Source: Rhodospirillaceae bacterium
Lineage (GTDB): Bacteria; Pseudomonadota; Alphaproteobacteria; MPNO01; UBA2964
DNA: 64,000 nucleotides
Direction: 5' to 3'
NCBI GenBank assembly: GCA_038146885.1
Contig: JAYQSM010000012.1
Coordinates: forward strand, 75,318 to 139,317
A program made the position numbers and the translations under genes. Shown here in pieces: positions 45,175-56,879 of the stretch (position 1 is the stretch's first letter; each line of letters opens with the position of its first letter). Below the pieces are notes generated by a model that saw nothing but the letters and a program-made list of their open reading frames with translations, was not told the origin of the DNA and did not search any database.

Positions 45175-46383
45175 TCAAGATCCCCAAAACATGTGTTTCT
45201 CTGAGCGCAAAATTTCTTTTGCCTTCTGACGAACTTCAAGATCAACGGCAAAGACATCTTCTAAATCCGAAATTCGTAGATGCGATAACCTCTCCATCGT
45301 TGCTTCCACTAAACGTGTGATATCTAAAAATCCTATTTTTTTGGCCAAAAATGCATTAACGGCGATCTCATTTGAAGCATTCAAAATGGTCGGTAAACAT
45401 CCTCCTGCCCTCAAAGCTTCCCTCGCCAAATTGATTGCTGGGAAACGAATTACATCGGGATCAAAAAAGGTCAGTTTGCCAATATCAGCTAAATCCAATT
45501 TGGGACTATTCCAGGCCAACCTCTGAGGCCAATTCAAAATTGATGCTATTGGTATCCTCATATCAGGTTTGCCCATTTGAGCTAATAGAGATCCATCTAC
45601 GTAGGAAACAAGACTATGAACAATCGATTCTGGATGCACCACCACTTCAATAGCAGCCTCTTCGAGACTGAAAAGATAATGTGCTTCGATAATTTCTAAT
45701 CCTTTGTTCATCATTGTAGCCGAGTCGACTGATATTTTGGACCCCATTTTCCAATTCGGATGAGCGATGGCCTCTTCTGGAGTCGCCAATTTCATTTGTT
45801 CCATGGAAGCGCTCCAAAAAGGCCCTCCAGATGCGGTCAATATGATTTTTTCGACTGATTCAGGATTAGAAAAATCGAAAACCTGGAATATTGCGTTATG
45901 CTCAGAGTCAACCGGAAGAAGTTTCGCCCCGCTAACTGATATTTCATTAAGCATTAGCTCTCCGGCACATACAAGGCACTCCTTATTCGCCAGCCCAACT
46001 AGCGCCCCACGCCTTATGCCCGCCAATGTCGGTTCCAAACCCGCGGATCCCACTATGGCGGCCATCAAGATATCAGAAGATCTGCTTGCTGCCTCTATCA
46101 AGGCTGTTTTACCAGCAGCAACCTCCGTTTCAGTTCCTGCTAGTGCCTTCTTTAGATCTTTATAACAACTCTCTTCGCCAATCACGGCAAGTCGCGCACC
46201 AGTTCTTATGGCCTGTTGAGCAAGCAAATCCACAGAACTAAGAGCTGTAAGAGCCTCTACCTTAAAACATTCTGTATTTTTCTGAATAAGATCAAGAGTG
46301 TTAACGCCGATGGATCCGGTGGAACCCAAAATTGAGATAACCCTCTCTTCTCCTTCAACAGGCCAATTCGGACTCAATACCAT
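45175..46383 (-). CDS. dxr: 1-deoxy-D-xylulose 5-phosphate reductoisomerase
   Basis: 402 aa. NADPH-binding ILGSTGSIG, LANKE, DSEHNAIFQ motifs. Confidence 0.9.
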   Translation of the reverse strand: MVLSPNWPVEGEERVISILGSTGSIGVNTLDLIQKNTECFKVEALTALSSVDLLAQQAIRTGARLAVIGEESCYKDLKKALAGTETEVAAGKTALIEAASRSSDILMAAIVGSAGLEPTLAGIRRGALVGLANKECLVCAGELMLNEISVSGAKLLPVDSEHNAIFQVFDFSNPESVEKIILTASGGPFWSASMEQMKLATPEEAIAHPNWKMGSKISVDSATMMNKGLEIIEAHYLFSLEEAAIEVVVHPESIVHSLVSYVDGSLLAQMGKPDMRIPIASILNWPQRLAWNSPKLDLADIGKLTFFDPDVIRFPAINLAREALRAGGCLPTILNASNEIAVNAFLAKKIGFLDITRLVEATMERLSHLRISDLEDVFAVDLEVRQKAKEILRSEKHMFWGS

Positions 46384-47237
46384 TTTGGTAACTCGTCCCC
46401 TAATATCAAGATGACCAATGATAGCACCGGAGCTGCTCCCAATAACCCATCTGCCCTGTCCAACATTCCACCATGCCCTGGTATCAAATTACCCGAATCT
46501 TTTACTGAGAATCGTCGTTTCGCTCTCGATATCATGAGATCTCCCATTTGAGCACAAACCGCCAGAAACCCGCTAATCAGCAAAATGTGACTTGTCGTCT
46601 CGATTGCACTTACACTGCTTAACAGCCACCCCCAAAACACCGCGCACGATACGCCTCCAATTAGCCCGGCCCAAGTTTTGCTAGGGCTGACCGTCGGCGC
46701 AAGCTTTGGACCCCCAATAATTTTTCCAAAACAATAAGCCCCAATGTCAGTCATCCAAACCACAACAAATAACCATAAAATTAATTTCGGGCCCAAAGTT
46801 GACGCTAAATATAGCCAAATTAGACTGACTCCAGTCCCTCCAATCCATAAAAAAGCCGATGCGGTCGCAATACTCCCAACACTTTTTAGGCTTCTAGTGA
46901 TAAAATACAGAAGAAGAGATCCCATCCCAGTAATAAAAAGAGCTAGGCCGAACAATTCAACAGATCCCAAAAGGACCGCCAGGACCAATAACAAAGAAAA
47001 CCCAAGGCATAAGTAGTATGCAGTGCCCAGAGCCATTTTCGTCCATTCGAACCACATTAAGACAAGGGCAATAGACACCAAGATTTCAAACCATGGGCTC
47101 CCTAACCAGATCATGAGCAAGACCGAAGGTGTAAGGATCAGGCTGGACAGAATCCTAAGTCTTAAATTCGAAATTTTTTTTTTGGACTCAAGATCCGAAT
47201 CGTCTTTCCCGTCTTTGGAATATTCTAACCGCTTCAT
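46374..47237 (-). CDS. cdsA: phosphatidate cytidylyltransferase
   Basis: 287 aa polytopic membrane protein. C-terminal CTP-transferase signature (SVKDSGNLIPGHGGMLDRADG). The ORF start overlaps the uppS 3' end by 50 bp, so the true start may be internal. Confidence 0.8.
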   Translation of the reverse strand: MKRLEYSKDGKDDSDLESKKKISNLRLRILSSLILTPSVLLMIWLGSPWFEILVSIALVLMWFEWTKMALGTAYYLCLGFSLLLVLAVLLGSVELFGLALFITGMGSLLLYFITRSLKSVGSIATASAFLWIGGTGVSLIWLYLASTLGPKLILWLFVVVWMTDIGAYCFGKIIGGPKLAPTVSPSKTWAGLIGGVSCAVFWGWLLSSVSAIETTSHILLISGFLAVCAQMGDLMISRAKRRFSVKDSGNLIPGHGGMLDRADGLLGAAPVLSLVILILGDELPKWY

Positions 47238-47917
47238 CGAATGTCTTTTTTGAAAAATCGGGCCAATGAACGTTCGTAAACCAAAATTCAGAATATGCCA
47301 TCTGCCAAAGCAAGAAATTACTTACTCTCTGTTCTCCGCTTGTCCTTATAATTAAATCCGGATCAGGCATACCATAGGTTGCAAGGTGTTGACTAAAAAG
47401 AAATTCATCAATGTCCTTTAGACTTTTCTCGCCTTCCAAAACTAATTTTGCTAGTCGTCTTGCTGCATCTGTTAGTTCCTGCCTCCCGCCATAATCAACG
47501 GCCAAGGTCAGGTATAATCTTTGATTATTCGCGGTTTCCTGTTCCGATTTTTCAATCAAATCCCTGACATCTGCAGGCAATTTATCTCTGCCACCTATGA
47601 AACGAATTGCAATACCTTCGTTCTTTAACTTATCAACATCTTGCATAAGATGTAGCCTAAGCAATCCCATAATTGCTGAGACCTCGGAAGGAGAACGGCT
47701 CCAATTCTCTCTGGAAAAGCCAAAAAGTGTCAGATATTTTATTTCATGGTCCAAAGCAGACTCAATAGCTCTGCTTACTGCCTTGGCTCCTTCACGATGC
47801 CCCATGGTACGCGGAAGACCGCGTTCATTGGCCCAACGACCATTACCATCCATAATAATAGCAACGTGTAGAGGCTTAATCCCTGAAAACTCAATTTCTG
47901 CAGCTAAATTAGTCAAC
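47188..47917 (-). CDS. uppS: di-trans,poly-cis-undecaprenyl-diphosphate synthase
   Basis: UPPS family (HVAIIMDGNGRWA, FSRENWSR). The ORF is open to 48012, which would overlap frr by 94 bp. A TTG at 47915-47917, just after the frr stop, gives a typical 243-aa product. Confidence 0.8.
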
Positions 47918-47918
47918 G

Positions 47919-48476
47919 CTAAACCTGCATAATTTCTTTTTCCTTGAGCGCAGATATTTCTTCGATTTCTCTTATTCGTGCGTCCGTCAAATCTTGCAGA
48001 TCTTTCTCCCAAGCGCGCTGTTCATCCTGGGAAATATCACCATTTTTCTGAGACTTTTTTAAAGTCTCCATTCCATCTCTTCTAACGTTTCTGACAGCGA
48101 TTTTAGTTTGTTCGGCGTATTTCTGAGCCACCTTTGTCAACTCAATACGCCTCTCCTCTGTCAATTGGGGAATTGGAACTCGAATAAGGGATCCTTCCCT
48201 CTGCGGATTTAAACCGAGCCCAGATTCAATGATGGATTTTTCAACTGCAGCAGACAAAGCTTGATCCCAAACCTGAACCGTCACCATCCGGGCGTCTGGA
48301 ACACTAACAGTCGCGAGTTGGTTTAGCGGCAAGGTCTGGCCATAAGCATCCGCAGCGATAGGTTCAAGCAACGCAGCTGAGGCCCTTCCAGTTCGAAGCC
48401 CCGCCAACTCTGAACGCAAAACCTCTAATGCCCCACTCATTCGCCTTTCAAAATCTTTTAAATCCAGTTCAGGCAA
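47919..48476 (-). CDS. frr: ribosome recycling factor
   Basis: 185 aa. RRF family, conserved throughout. Confidence 0.9.
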   Translation of the reverse strand: MPELDLKDFERRMSGALEVLRSELAGLRTGRASAALLEPIAADAYGQTLPLNQLATVSVPDARMVTVQVWDQALSAAVEKSIIESGLGLNPQREGSLIRVPIPQLTEERRIELTKVAQKYAEQTKIAVRNVRRDGMETLKKSQKNGDISQDEQRAWEKDLQDLTDARIREIEEISALKEKEIMQV

Positions 48477-48513
48477 GGCTCATTCCTCCGACGAGATCGT
48501 GGTGAAGACACCA

Positions 48514-49227
48514 TCATTTGCTAGGACACTTGCGAAAGCCCCTAGGAGTATGAAGTGAAAAAACTAGAATCGGAATGTTATTCTCTCTACACAGAGAGAT
48601 CGCCGAAGCGTCCATAACGCGCAAGTCCTTCGCCAAAACTTCCCGATAAGTCAGCCGTTCATAACGAATAGCTTCCGGGTGTTTTTTTGGGTCTGAGGAA
48701 TATACGCCATCCACTTGGGTGGCTTTTAAGAGGGTGTCGCAGTCCATCTCTACTGCCCGCAGAGCTGCAGCAGTATCAGTGGTAAAATAGGGACTACCAG
48801 TTCCCGCAGCAAAAATTACCACGCGTCCTTTTTCCATATGGCGAACAGCCCGACGACGGATATAAGGCTCACAAACTGTCGCCATCGGTATTGCAGATAG
48901 GACCCTCGTGTGTATTCCCTCGACCTCCAAGGCACCTTGCATAGCAAGAGCATTTATGACGGTAGCAAGCATCCCCATATAGTCCGCTGTGCCTCTCTCT
49001 AATCCTTGACTGGCGGCTTCCACACCCCGGAAAATATTACCGCCCCCAATTACAAGGCAGAGTTGCACGCCAAGATCTCGAACAGTTCTTATTTCGGAGG
49101 CAATGCGGCTGATTGTTGTTGTATCGAGACCGAATTCCCTATCCCCCATAAGCCCCTCACCGGACAGCTTCAAGAGGACTCTGCGGTTCTCTTTAATTCT
49201 TCTCAAGCCACTCATCGAAGTTTCCAC
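48514..49227 (-). CDS. pyrH: UMP kinase
   Basis: 237 aa. Amino-acid kinase fold ([15 protein letters not shown]). Confidence 0.9.
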   Translation of the reverse strand: METSMSGLRRIKENRRVLLKLSGEGLMGDREFGLDTTTISRIASEIRTVRDLGVQLCLVIGGGNIFRGVEAASQGLERGTADYMGMLATVINALAMQGALEVEGIHTRVLSAIPMATVCEPYIRRRAVRHMEKGRVVIFAAGTGSPYFTTDTAAALRAVEMDCDTLLKATQVDGVYSSDPKKHPEAIRYERLTYREVLAKDLRVMDASAISLCRENNIPILVFSLHTPRGFRKCPSK

Positions 49228-49253
49228 CCCTAAAAACTTCGTCCAGTTGAGGC

Positions 49254-50177
49254 TTACCCCTTTGCTGCAGCAGCGACCTCTGCGGCAAAGTCAGCTTCTT
49301 CTCGTTCAATGCCCTCTCCTAGGACAAACCTCCGAAAACCAGCCAATTTTATTGGGGCTCCCAGTTCCCTCGCGGCAGCTTCAATAACCGCGCGCACCTT
49401 AGTTTCGCCATCAATAACAAATAGCTGCTCTTCCAAAACAACTTCTTCGAAGTATTTCCGCATCCTACCTTCGACCATTTTCTCAATGATTTCTTCAGGC
49501 TTACCAGATTGCCGCGCTTGCTCGGCCAGAACCGTTCTCTCCCGATCTAGGGCTGACTTATCAACTTCATCAACGCAAGTCCACTGAGGGGCAGCCGCTG
49601 CCACATGCATGGCTAACTGCCTTCCAAGGCCGTCCAATCGTTCCTTATCTCCGTCAGACTCGAGTGCAACAATCACACCAATTTTTCCAAGCCCCGCGGC
49701 TACGGAATTATGGACATATCCGGATACCACGCCCGATGCGACCTCTAAAAACGCAACCCTGCGCAAATCCATATTTTCTCCAATTGTTGCAACCAGATTT
49801 GTTAGACTATCCTGGACACTATTGTTGGCTTCCAACAAACTCTGTTTGACAGTTTCGAGGCTTTCTCCAGTTCCCGCTACAATTTGTGACACCTGAGATA
49901 CAAATTCTTGGAACTGAGGGTTTCGGCCCACAAAGTCGGTTTCAGCATTTACCTCAACAAGTGCTCCCTTCCGTCCCTGCGTCTTGACCCCAACTAGCCC
50001 TTCCGCTGCGACCCGTCCCGCCTTTTTTGCAGCCGATGCAAGACCGGACTTTCTTAACCAATCAACCGCAGCCTCTATGTCTCCACTCACCTCAGATAGG
50101 GCTTTTTTACAATCCATCATGCCCGCACCAGTCTTTTCGCGGAGCTCTTTAACCATCGACGCCGTAATATTTCCCAT
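49254..50177 (-). CDS. tsf: translation elongation factor Ts
   Basis: 307 aa. N-terminal UBA-like domain ([19 protein letters not shown]) and EF-Ts dimerisation domains. Confidence 0.9.
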   Translation of the reverse strand: MGNITASMVKELREKTGAGMMDCKKALSEVSGDIEAAVDWLRKSGLASAAKKAGRVAAEGLVGVKTQGRKGALVEVNAETDFVGRNPQFQEFVSQVSQIVAGTGESLETVKQSLLEANNSVQDSLTNLVATIGENMDLRRVAFLEVASGVVSGYVHNSVAAGLGKIGVIVALESDGDKERLDGLGRQLAMHVAAAAPQWTCVDEVDKSALDRERTVLAEQARQSGKPEEIIEKMVEGRMRKYFEEVVLEEQLFVIDGETKVRAVIEAAARELGAPIKLAGFRRFVLGEGIEREEADFAAEVAAAAKG

Positions 50178-50227
50178 TTTATGCTTTCTCAGGTATTTTT
50201 TCTTTAGATTTTGAATTGCAGCCTAAT

Positions 50228-51085
50228 TCAGGAGGCGGAGGCGGGCGACACGGGGTCCCCATCCGTTTGATCCGGTATATCCTCGGCTACCTCTATAACG
50301 CTCTCATTTTGGAACGAGTCCTCATCTGGACCCTCCTCGACGGCCATCGGCTCAGTGGCATCTGGATCTTCACCCAGATCTATTCCCGTAGATATCGCCT
50401 CTTGCTGAAGTCCATCTAGAACAGCATCGGAGAAAAGACTGCAATAAAGCGCGATAGACCTCAACGCATCATCATTCCCAGGGATAGGGAATGTAATACC
50501 GCGAGGATCACAATTACTGTCAAGTATCGCCACAACCGGAATACCGAGTTTTTTGGCCTCGGTGATGGCAATCGACTCCTTGTTCGTATCTATCACAACC
50601 AGAATATCAGGCAAACCGCCCATATCCTTTATACCCCCAAGTGCCCGATCTAACTTATCTCTTTCTCTCGTCCGAATTAACAGCTCTTTCTTCGTCAGCC
50701 CAATATCTTCCTGGGATAGGAGCTCGTCATATTCCTTAAGACGCTTAATTGAATCCGTAATGGTAGTCCAATTGGTCAGCATACCTCCTAACCACCGATG
50801 ATTGACGTAGTACTGCCCGCAACGCGCCGCCGCCTCAGTAATTTGTTGACTCGCCTGCCGTTTGGTACCAACAAACAGAACACGGCCACCGCCCGCGACA
50901 GTATCTCTGACTGATTGCAAGGCAGCATGCAACATCGGAACAGTCTGCCTCAGATCTAAAATATGTATCCCGTTGCGAGCGCCAAAAATAAAGGGCTCCA
51001 TCCTTGGATTCCAGCGGCGTGTATGATGTCCGAAATGAACGCCGGCCTCTAAAAGCTGACGCATTGTAAAAGTTGGCATAGCCAT
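50228..51085 (-). CDS. rpsB: 30S ribosomal protein S2
   Basis: 285 aa. S2 family with the acidic C-terminal extension typical of alphaproteobacteria. Confidence 0.9.
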   Translation of the reverse strand: MAMPTFTMRQLLEAGVHFGHHTRRWNPRMEPFIFGARNGIHILDLRQTVPMLHAALQSVRDTVAGGGRVLFVGTKRQASQQITEAAARCGQYYVNHRWLGGMLTNWTTITDSIKRLKEYDELLSQEDIGLTKKELLIRTRERDKLDRALGGIKDMGGLPDILVVIDTNKESIAITEAKKLGIPVVAILDSNCDPRGITFPIPGNDDALRSIALYCSLFSDAVLDGLQQEAISTGIDLGEDPDATEPMAVEEGPDEDSFQNESVIEVAEDIPDQTDGDPVSPASAS

Positions 51086-51274
51086 TTTGATATTCCTCTT
51101 CTCCGGTTAGCCTCCACGGATTGAGGCAAGTCAACCCAGGACTTGCACCGGAACAGAACCACTAATTAACAGCAGCCCGTCTATCCGTGTGTGGATTTCA
51201 ACGCCTTAGTAAACTTATTGACTTCCTTTTTCAAGCCCTTTCAGAGGAGCAGTCTGTCCAGGAACAATAAGCAA

Positions 51275-54200
51275 TTATATATCCCTAAGAGCTACTACAC
51301 CCGGAACCTCCGCAATAGACGCCCTTATATCGGCCGAAAGCGCAAAAGTACCCGGAAGAGAGACCTCTACCACCTGGTCCTGATCAATATTCATAACCAA
51401 GCTCACCTGAGAACGACCTGATTTTGCCCGCTTTATAGCTTCGTGAATTCGAACAAAAGCCTCCCTTTCGGCAACATGAATTTTCAGTCCCGAACCTGAC
51501 CGGGCAATAGCAGCATCCAAATCTTCGATGGCCACTGCCGTTAACCTTAGACCCTCCCGGTCGTCTCCCCTTACTTCACAAGTAAGAAGTATTGCTTTGC
51601 CGGGCTCTAGTAAATCGCGCGATTGAGATAGCAGTTCAGAAAAAAGAACAACTTCAAACACGCCACTCGAACCTGAAATCTGAAGAAAGGCAAATCGGTT
51701 GCCACGGGAGGAAGTCCTCTCCTGCTTTCGGATCACCACTCCCGCCAACTTCGGCCTCGTGCCAATTGAATTAGTCGATAGTTTCTCTGTTGGAATAACG
51801 CCAATCCTCTCGAGCGCCATTCCATAGGAGTCGAGCGGATGGGAGGACAGATAAAAGCCAATGGCATCAAATTCCTGATCCAAGCGTTCCATGGGCGGCC
51901 AGTCCGAAACATTTGATCCCTCTTTTTCAATTATTTCCGGATGCAGGTCAGTCCCGAACAAACTTACTTGTCCGCTTCTCCTCTCATTCTCTGCCGACGC
52001 CGCAGCCCTCACCAATCGGTCGACGTCATCAAAGAGTTTCCGTCGATTGGGCTCTAATCCGTCGAAAGCCCCTGCGCGAATCAAATTTTCGAGCATTCGC
52101 TTGTTTGCGACCCTTGACCCTAGCCGCTTGGCCATGTCTAAGGCTGATCTAAAAAAGCCGTGTGTTTCCCTCTCACTGAGTAATTCCCCCATTGCCTGCA
52201 ACCCAACATTTTTTACGGCAGCTAGCGCATATCTCACACTTCCTAATCCATTATCTCCATACTCAACGCCAAAAACATCAAGGGAATAATTTACGTCTGG
52301 TTGCAGCAACTTTATGTCCAGACGTTCGAGCTCCTGCCTGAACACGTTAATCTTATCAGTGTTGCCTAAATCAAGCGTCATAGAAGCCGCAAAGAATTCA
52401 ACAGGATGATTAGCTTTCAACCAGGCCGTTTGATATGCAATCAGAGCATAGGCAGCGGCATGAGATTTATTAAATCCATATCCTGCAAACTTATCAACTT
52501 GTTCAAATATACGCTCCGCCTGCGCCTTATCGATTCCCCTCGAAACCGCTCCATCGACGAAGGTGTTCCGCTGGGCCTCCATTTCCGACTTTATTTTTTT
52601 ACCCATCGCCCGACGGAGCAGATCTGCGCTCCCCAAAGAATAGCCTGCTAATATTTGAGCGATCTGCATGACCTGTTCCTGATAAATCATGACACCAAAG
52701 GTTTCTTTGAGCACATCCGTTAGGTCTTCATGCAGATAATCAGGCTTTTCCTTGCCATGTTTGCAGGCAATATACTTCGGAATATTATCCATGGGTCCCG
52801 GCCGATAAAGGGCAACCAACGCGATTATATCTTCAAATTTATCTGGTTTTAATTGCCTTAGAACGTCTCGCATACCGGCACTTTCCAACTGGAATACCCC
52901 GACTGTATTTCCTGACGCCAGAAGATCGAAGGTTTTTCTGTCATCCAAAGGAAGAGATGAAATATTCAGATCTGAACCAGTTTTTCTAATCAAAGCTACG
53001 GCCCGATTAATTACCGTCAAAGTTTTGAGGCCTAAAAAATCAAATTTAACTAAACCAGCGGCCTCGGCATATTTCATGGAAAATTGGGTAGCCGGCATCT
53101 CAGACCTGGGATCCCTGTATAAGGGAACTAATTGTTCAAGTGGACGATCTCCAATAACCACCCCTGCCGCATGCGTGGAGGCATGACGAAAAAGGCCCTC
53201 TAGTTTTAAACCAATATCCAGCAACCGCTGAATTTGCTCATCGGTATCTCGAAGTCTTTTCAATTCTGGTTCTGACTCAATTGCCTCAGCAAGAGTAGGC
53301 GGCTTAGCGGGATTGAAGGGTACCAATTTACAGATTTTATCAACATATCCATAAGGGATGCCGAGTACTCGGCCAACATCTCTCAAAACTGCCCTCGCCT
53401 GCAGTTTCCCAAACGTAATAATTTGGGCGACCTTGTCAGTCCCATATTTTTCTTGAACATACCTGATTACTTCATCTCGACGATCTTGACAGAAATCAAT
53501 ATCGAAATCTGGCATCGATACTCGTTCTGGGTTTAGAAAGCGTTCAAATAGAAGACCAAACCGCAGGGGATCAAGATCGGTTATCGTTAGTGCCCACGCA
53601 ACAACCGAGCCTGCACCGGACCCTCGACCCGGCCCCACTGGAATTTCTCTCGACTTAGCCCATTGGATGAAGTCGGCTACGATTAAAAAATATCCTGAGA
53701 AACCCATGGACTCGATAACAGACAATTCGAAATCAAGCCTCTTATAGTAACCCTCTAACTCTCCTCTTTTCGCAGGATCGGCTTCCAGTCGCCTTTTTAA
53801 CCCGTCTAAAGCAGCTATCCGTAAATATTCCGTTTCTTCCATACCATCGCTGATAGGAAATTTAGGAAGGATTGGATTTCGTTCTTCCGGCATAAACCCG
53901 CAGCGGCGCGCGATAACTAGTGTGTTATTTATCGCTTCAGGAATATCCTGAAAGAGCTCTTCCATCTCTTCGGGCGAACGAAACCGATGCGACGCGGTTA
54001 AACGGCGCCTCTCTTTAAAGTCAACATGCACCCCTTGTGCAATGCAGAGAAGTGAGTCTTGGGCTTCATACATCGATTCATCAGCGAAAAAACAATTGTT
54101 TGTCGCAATCAACGGCAAATTTTCTGAGTACGCGAGTTCTACGAACCCTCTTTCCGTTATCTCCTCCTCGGGCATTCCATGGCGCATGAGTTCGATATAA

Positions 54201-54733
54201 AAACGACCCGGAAATAATTCGGACAATTCTGCAGCTAATTTACGTGCTGCAGCTATATCATCTTCTAGTAATAACCGACCGATGCCGCCCCATGGTCCCC
54301 CAGAGAGAGCAATCAGCCCCTCTGACCTACCAAACAGATCTCCCAAAAGTATGCGGGGATGCTCTCCCGCTGGGGTATGCAAATACGCTTTGCTCGCAAG
54401 AGACATCAAATTGGAGTAACCAGTCTGATTTTGTGCAAGTAAGACCAATAAATCATGCTCCGGCGCATTGAGGTTGGCTGATTTTTTGATCCGCCCCTCG
54501 CTGGCCTTCTCCTTGGCTACAGAGATTTCGCAGCCAATAATTGGCTGAACACCAGCCTTGCAAGCTGCGATTGAAAACTCTAATGCGCCAAAAAGATTGC
54601 CACTATCACTCATGGCAACCGCAGGCATCCGATGCTTTATCGCTAAGTTTACTATGTCGGCAATCTTTAGAGCACCCTCAGACAACGAGTAGGCTGTGTG
54701 AACTCTAAGATGCACAAAATCAGCATGAGACAT
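51275..54733 (-). CDS. dnaE: DNA polymerase III alpha subunit (replicative DnaE1)
   Basis: 1152 aa. PHP domain (HLRVHTAYSLSEG), polymerase core, beta-clamp-binding region and OB fold. Confidence 0.95.
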   Translation of the reverse strand: MSHADFVHLRVHTAYSLSEGALKIADIVNLAIKHRMPAVAMSDSGNLFGALEFSIAACKAGVQPIIGCEISVAKEKASEGRIKKSANLNAPEHDLLVLLAQNQTGYSNLMSLASKAYLHTPAGEHPRILLGDLFGRSEGLIALSGGPWGGIGRLLLEDDIAAARKLAAELSELFPGRFYIELMRHGMPEEEITERGFVELAYSENLPLIATNNCFFADESMYEAQDSLLCIAQGVHVDFKERRRLTASHRFRSPEEMEELFQDIPEAINNTLVIARRCGFMPEERNPILPKFPISDGMEETEYLRIAALDGLKRRLEADPAKRGELEGYYKRLDFELSVIESMGFSGYFLIVADFIQWAKSREIPVGPGRGSGAGSVVAWALTITDLDPLRFGLLFERFLNPERVSMPDFDIDFCQDRRDEVIRYVQEKYGTDKVAQIITFGKLQARAVLRDVGRVLGIPYGYVDKICKLVPFNPAKPPTLAEAIESEPELKRLRDTDEQIQRLLDIGLKLEGLFRHASTHAAGVVIGDRPLEQLVPLYRDPRSEMPATQFSMKYAEAAGLVKFDFLGLKTLTVINRAVALIRKTGSDLNISSLPLDDRKTFDLLASGNTVGVFQLESAGMRDVLRQLKPDKFEDIIALVALYRPGPMDNIPKYIACKHGKEKPDYLHEDLTDVLKETFGVMIYQEQVMQIAQILAGYSLGSADLLRRAMGKKIKSEMEAQRNTFVDGAVSRGIDKAQAERIFEQVDKFAGYGFNKSHAAAYALIAYQTAWLKANHPVEFFAASMTLDLGNTDKINVFRQELERLDIKLLQPDVNYSLDVFGVEYGDNGLGSVRYALAAVKNVGLQAMGELLSERETHGFFRSALDMAKRLGSRVANKRMLENLIRAGAFDGLEPNRRKLFDDVDRLVRAAASAENERRSGQVSLFGTDLHPEIIEKEGSNVSDWPPMERLDQEFDAIGFYLSSHPLDSYGMALERIGVIPTEKLSTNSIGTRPKLAGVVIRKQERTSSRGNRFAFLQISGSSGVFEVVLFSELLSQSRDLLEPGKAILLTCEVRGDDREGLRLTAVAIEDLDAAIARSGSGLKIHVAEREAFVRIHEAIKRAKSGRSQVSLVMNIDQDQVVEVSLPGTFALSADIRASIAEVPGVVALRDI

Positions 54734-54815
54734 GATTATTTATGATCACATAGACCGATTTGCATGTCATTAGGAACAAAATGGCAACACACAAAATAAA
54801 AGAACTTAACAAATC

Positions 54816-54854
54816 CCTAGGCACTAGATTTTGCGTTTTGAATCTCAGCCTAGG
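54816..54854. repeat. inverted repeat CCTAGGC-N25-GCCTAGG in the lolD-dnaE intergenic region
   Basis: A perfect 7-bp stem with a 25-nt loop, about 100 bp downstream of lolD and 80 bp upstream of the dnaE start. Read directly from the sequence. Confidence 0.3.
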
Positions 54855-54952
54855 ATAATTTCTCGACAAAAAGAAGATAAGAACGAATCATCAACACTAT
54901 GATGTCAACCTACCTCTTACATTTTTTTAACCCATTTGTCTCCGATGATCTG

Positions 54953-55633
54953 CTAAACTAGAAAACCGTCTTGTACACGCACCACCCGGTCCATCTCTTC
55001 GGTCAACCCCGAATTATGAGTTGCAATCACTAGAGCTACACCCGTTTTTGAAGCCAGGGCCCTCAACATTCCGGATATCTCGAAGGCAGTTCTTTCATCT
55101 AAGTTTCCAGTTGGCTCATCTGCCAAAAGAAGCTTAGGTTCATTAGCTAACCCTCTGCAAATAGCCACACGCTGTTGTTCTCCTCCTGAGAGCTCACCTG
55201 GCAAGTGGGAAAGACGACCCCCAAGGCCCACCTCCGACAAAAGTTGTTCTGCCCTCTTTGATGCCTCTTGCTTAGATTTTCCTGCCGCCATTTGAGGTAA
55301 CATCACATTTTCTAACGCTGAAAACTCCGATAGGAGGTGATGATACTGAAATACAAAACCCAAATTTCTCTGACGCAATTCGGCTCGAACATTATCGTTT
55401 TCATCCCAACATGAAATCCCACCGATAATCACCTTGCCACTATTGGGCCTTTCTAATATTCCAGCAATCTGCAAAAGAGTCGATTTTCCGGAACCGGAAG
55501 GCCCCACCAACCCCAAGACCTCTCCTCTTGAAATAGATAGCTCTACCCCTTTTAGCACGCTAATTTCAGTCGAACCCTGCTGAAATGACCGGGACACCTC
55601 TTTTAGATACAGTACGTGCTCCGGCTTACTCAT
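54953..55633 (-). CDS. lolD: lipoprotein-releasing system ATP-binding protein LolD
   Basis: 226 aa ABC ATPase (Walker [23 protein letters not shown], Walker [13 protein letters not shown]). Confidence 0.85.
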   Translation of the reverse strand: MSKPEHVLYLKEVSRSFQQGSTEISVLKGVELSISRGEVLGLVGPSGSGKSTLLQIAGILERPNSGKVIIGGISCWDENDNVRAELRQRNLGFVFQYHHLLSEFSALENVMLPQMAAGKSKQEASKRAEQLLSEVGLGGRLSHLPGELSGGEQQRVAICRGLANEPKLLLADEPTGNLDERTAFEISGMLRALASKTGVALVIATHNSGLTEEMDRVVRVQDGFLV

Positions 55634-56879
55634 ATCGAAGCGCTTGCACTGGATCTAGTTTAGTAGCACGCCAAGCCGGATAAAGGCTCGCTAGAAAACT
55701 CAAAACTAACGCCATGCTGACGATTAACGCCACTTCCATAGGATCAATTTCAGCTGGAAGTTTAGAGAGGAAATAAATTTCGGCGGAAAATAACTCTGAT
55801 CCCGAAAAACTTTGGATCCACTGCCGAATACTTTCAATGTTCAGTGAAAAAGTAAGACCCAAAATAAAACCTGTAATTGTGCCCAAGACACCAACTGACA
55901 TTCCTGAGAGCAAGAAGATCCGCATCACACTCCCTCTTTTTACACCCATCGTTCGAAGAATCGCGATATCTCTTCCCTTATCTTTAACCATCATCACTAA
56001 ACCTGAAATAATATTGAATGCGGCCACCACAATAATCAAAGTCAGGATCAGAAACATCACATTACGTTCTACTTTTAAGGCATTGAAAAAACTCGAATTA
56101 ACGACTTTCCAGTTGGAAATTCTTATTGGCTCATTCCTTAAAATCCGAATATCTCTCATCCTGACATCAGTAAGCTCATGTTCAGATAAAAAGACCTCTA
56201 TTGAGGAGACCTCTCCTTCTCGATAGTTGAAGAATTTTCTCGCTGTTTTCAAAGGTATAAAAATAAAGCTGCTATCATATTCGTACATGCCAATTTCGAA
56301 GATAGCCTTTACGCGAAAGCGTTTAGCCCGTGGCATGGTTCCAAAGATCGACGGTCTTCCACTGGGGCTGACTAGGGAAAATTCGTCCCCAGATGAAAGA
56401 TTATAACGAGAGGCAAACCGAGATCCAATCAATGCATCACTTCCCTGCTCAAAGCTCCCTAATTTCCCTCCCACAATATTATCCGCTAATAACTGATGCC
56501 GCGTCAGGTCTTCTGGTGAAATCCCTCGGATAATTGCGCCTTTCCCTTCCCCGGACACAGCAGCCATTGCTTGTCCCTCAATAATCGGCGTAGCTCGCTG
56601 AACACCGGGTAATCTCGAAATCTGTGATGTTAAATTTCGAAAATCATCCAAACCACGACCAACCGCATTCGATACAGCGATATGACCATTCAAACCCAAA
56701 ATACGGCTTAGCAACTCAGACCTAAAACCATTCATAACTGACATAACAATAATCAAAGTTGCTACGCCTAGCGTAATACCCGCAAAGGAAAACCCGACAA
56801 TTATCGACACAAATCCCTCACGCCGCCGTGAACGCAGGTAGCGCAGGGCTACCATCCGCTCGAACGCTGAGAAAATCAT
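55626..56879 (-). CDS. lolE: lipoprotein-releasing system transmembrane permease LolC/LolE
   Basis: 417 aa. MacB-like periplasmic domain plus FtsX permease domain. 8-bp overlap with lolD. Confidence 0.8.
   Translation of the reverse strand: MIFSAFERMVALRYLRSRRREGFVSIIVGFSFAGITLGVATLIIVMSVMNGFRSELLSRILGLNGHIAVSNAVGRGLDDFRNLTSQISRLPGVQRATPIIEGQAMAAVSGEGKGAIIRGISPEDLTRHQLLADNIVGGKLGSFEQGSDALIGSRFASRYNLSSGDEFSLVSPSGRPSIFGTMPRAKRFRVKAIFEIGMYEYDSSFIFIPLKTARKFFNYREGEVSSIEVFLSEHELTDVRMRDIRILRNEPIRISNWKVVNSSFFNALKVERNVMFLILTLIIVVAAFNIISGLVMMVKDKGRDIAILRTMGVKRGSVMRIFLLSGMSVGVLGTITGFILGLTFSLNIESIRQWIQSFSGSELFSAEIYFLSKLPAEIDPMEVALIVSMALVLSFLASLYPAWRATKLDPVQALRYE

Noticed and set aside
54774-54788. GAAC-N7-CAAC, a LexA-box-like motif upstream of dnaE
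   Set aside because: It has one mismatch to GAAC-N7-GAAC. This dnaE is the replicative DnaE1, with a PHP domain and 1152 aa. In alphaproteobacteria it is dnaE2, not dnaE1, that belongs to the SOS regulon. This is most likely a chance match.
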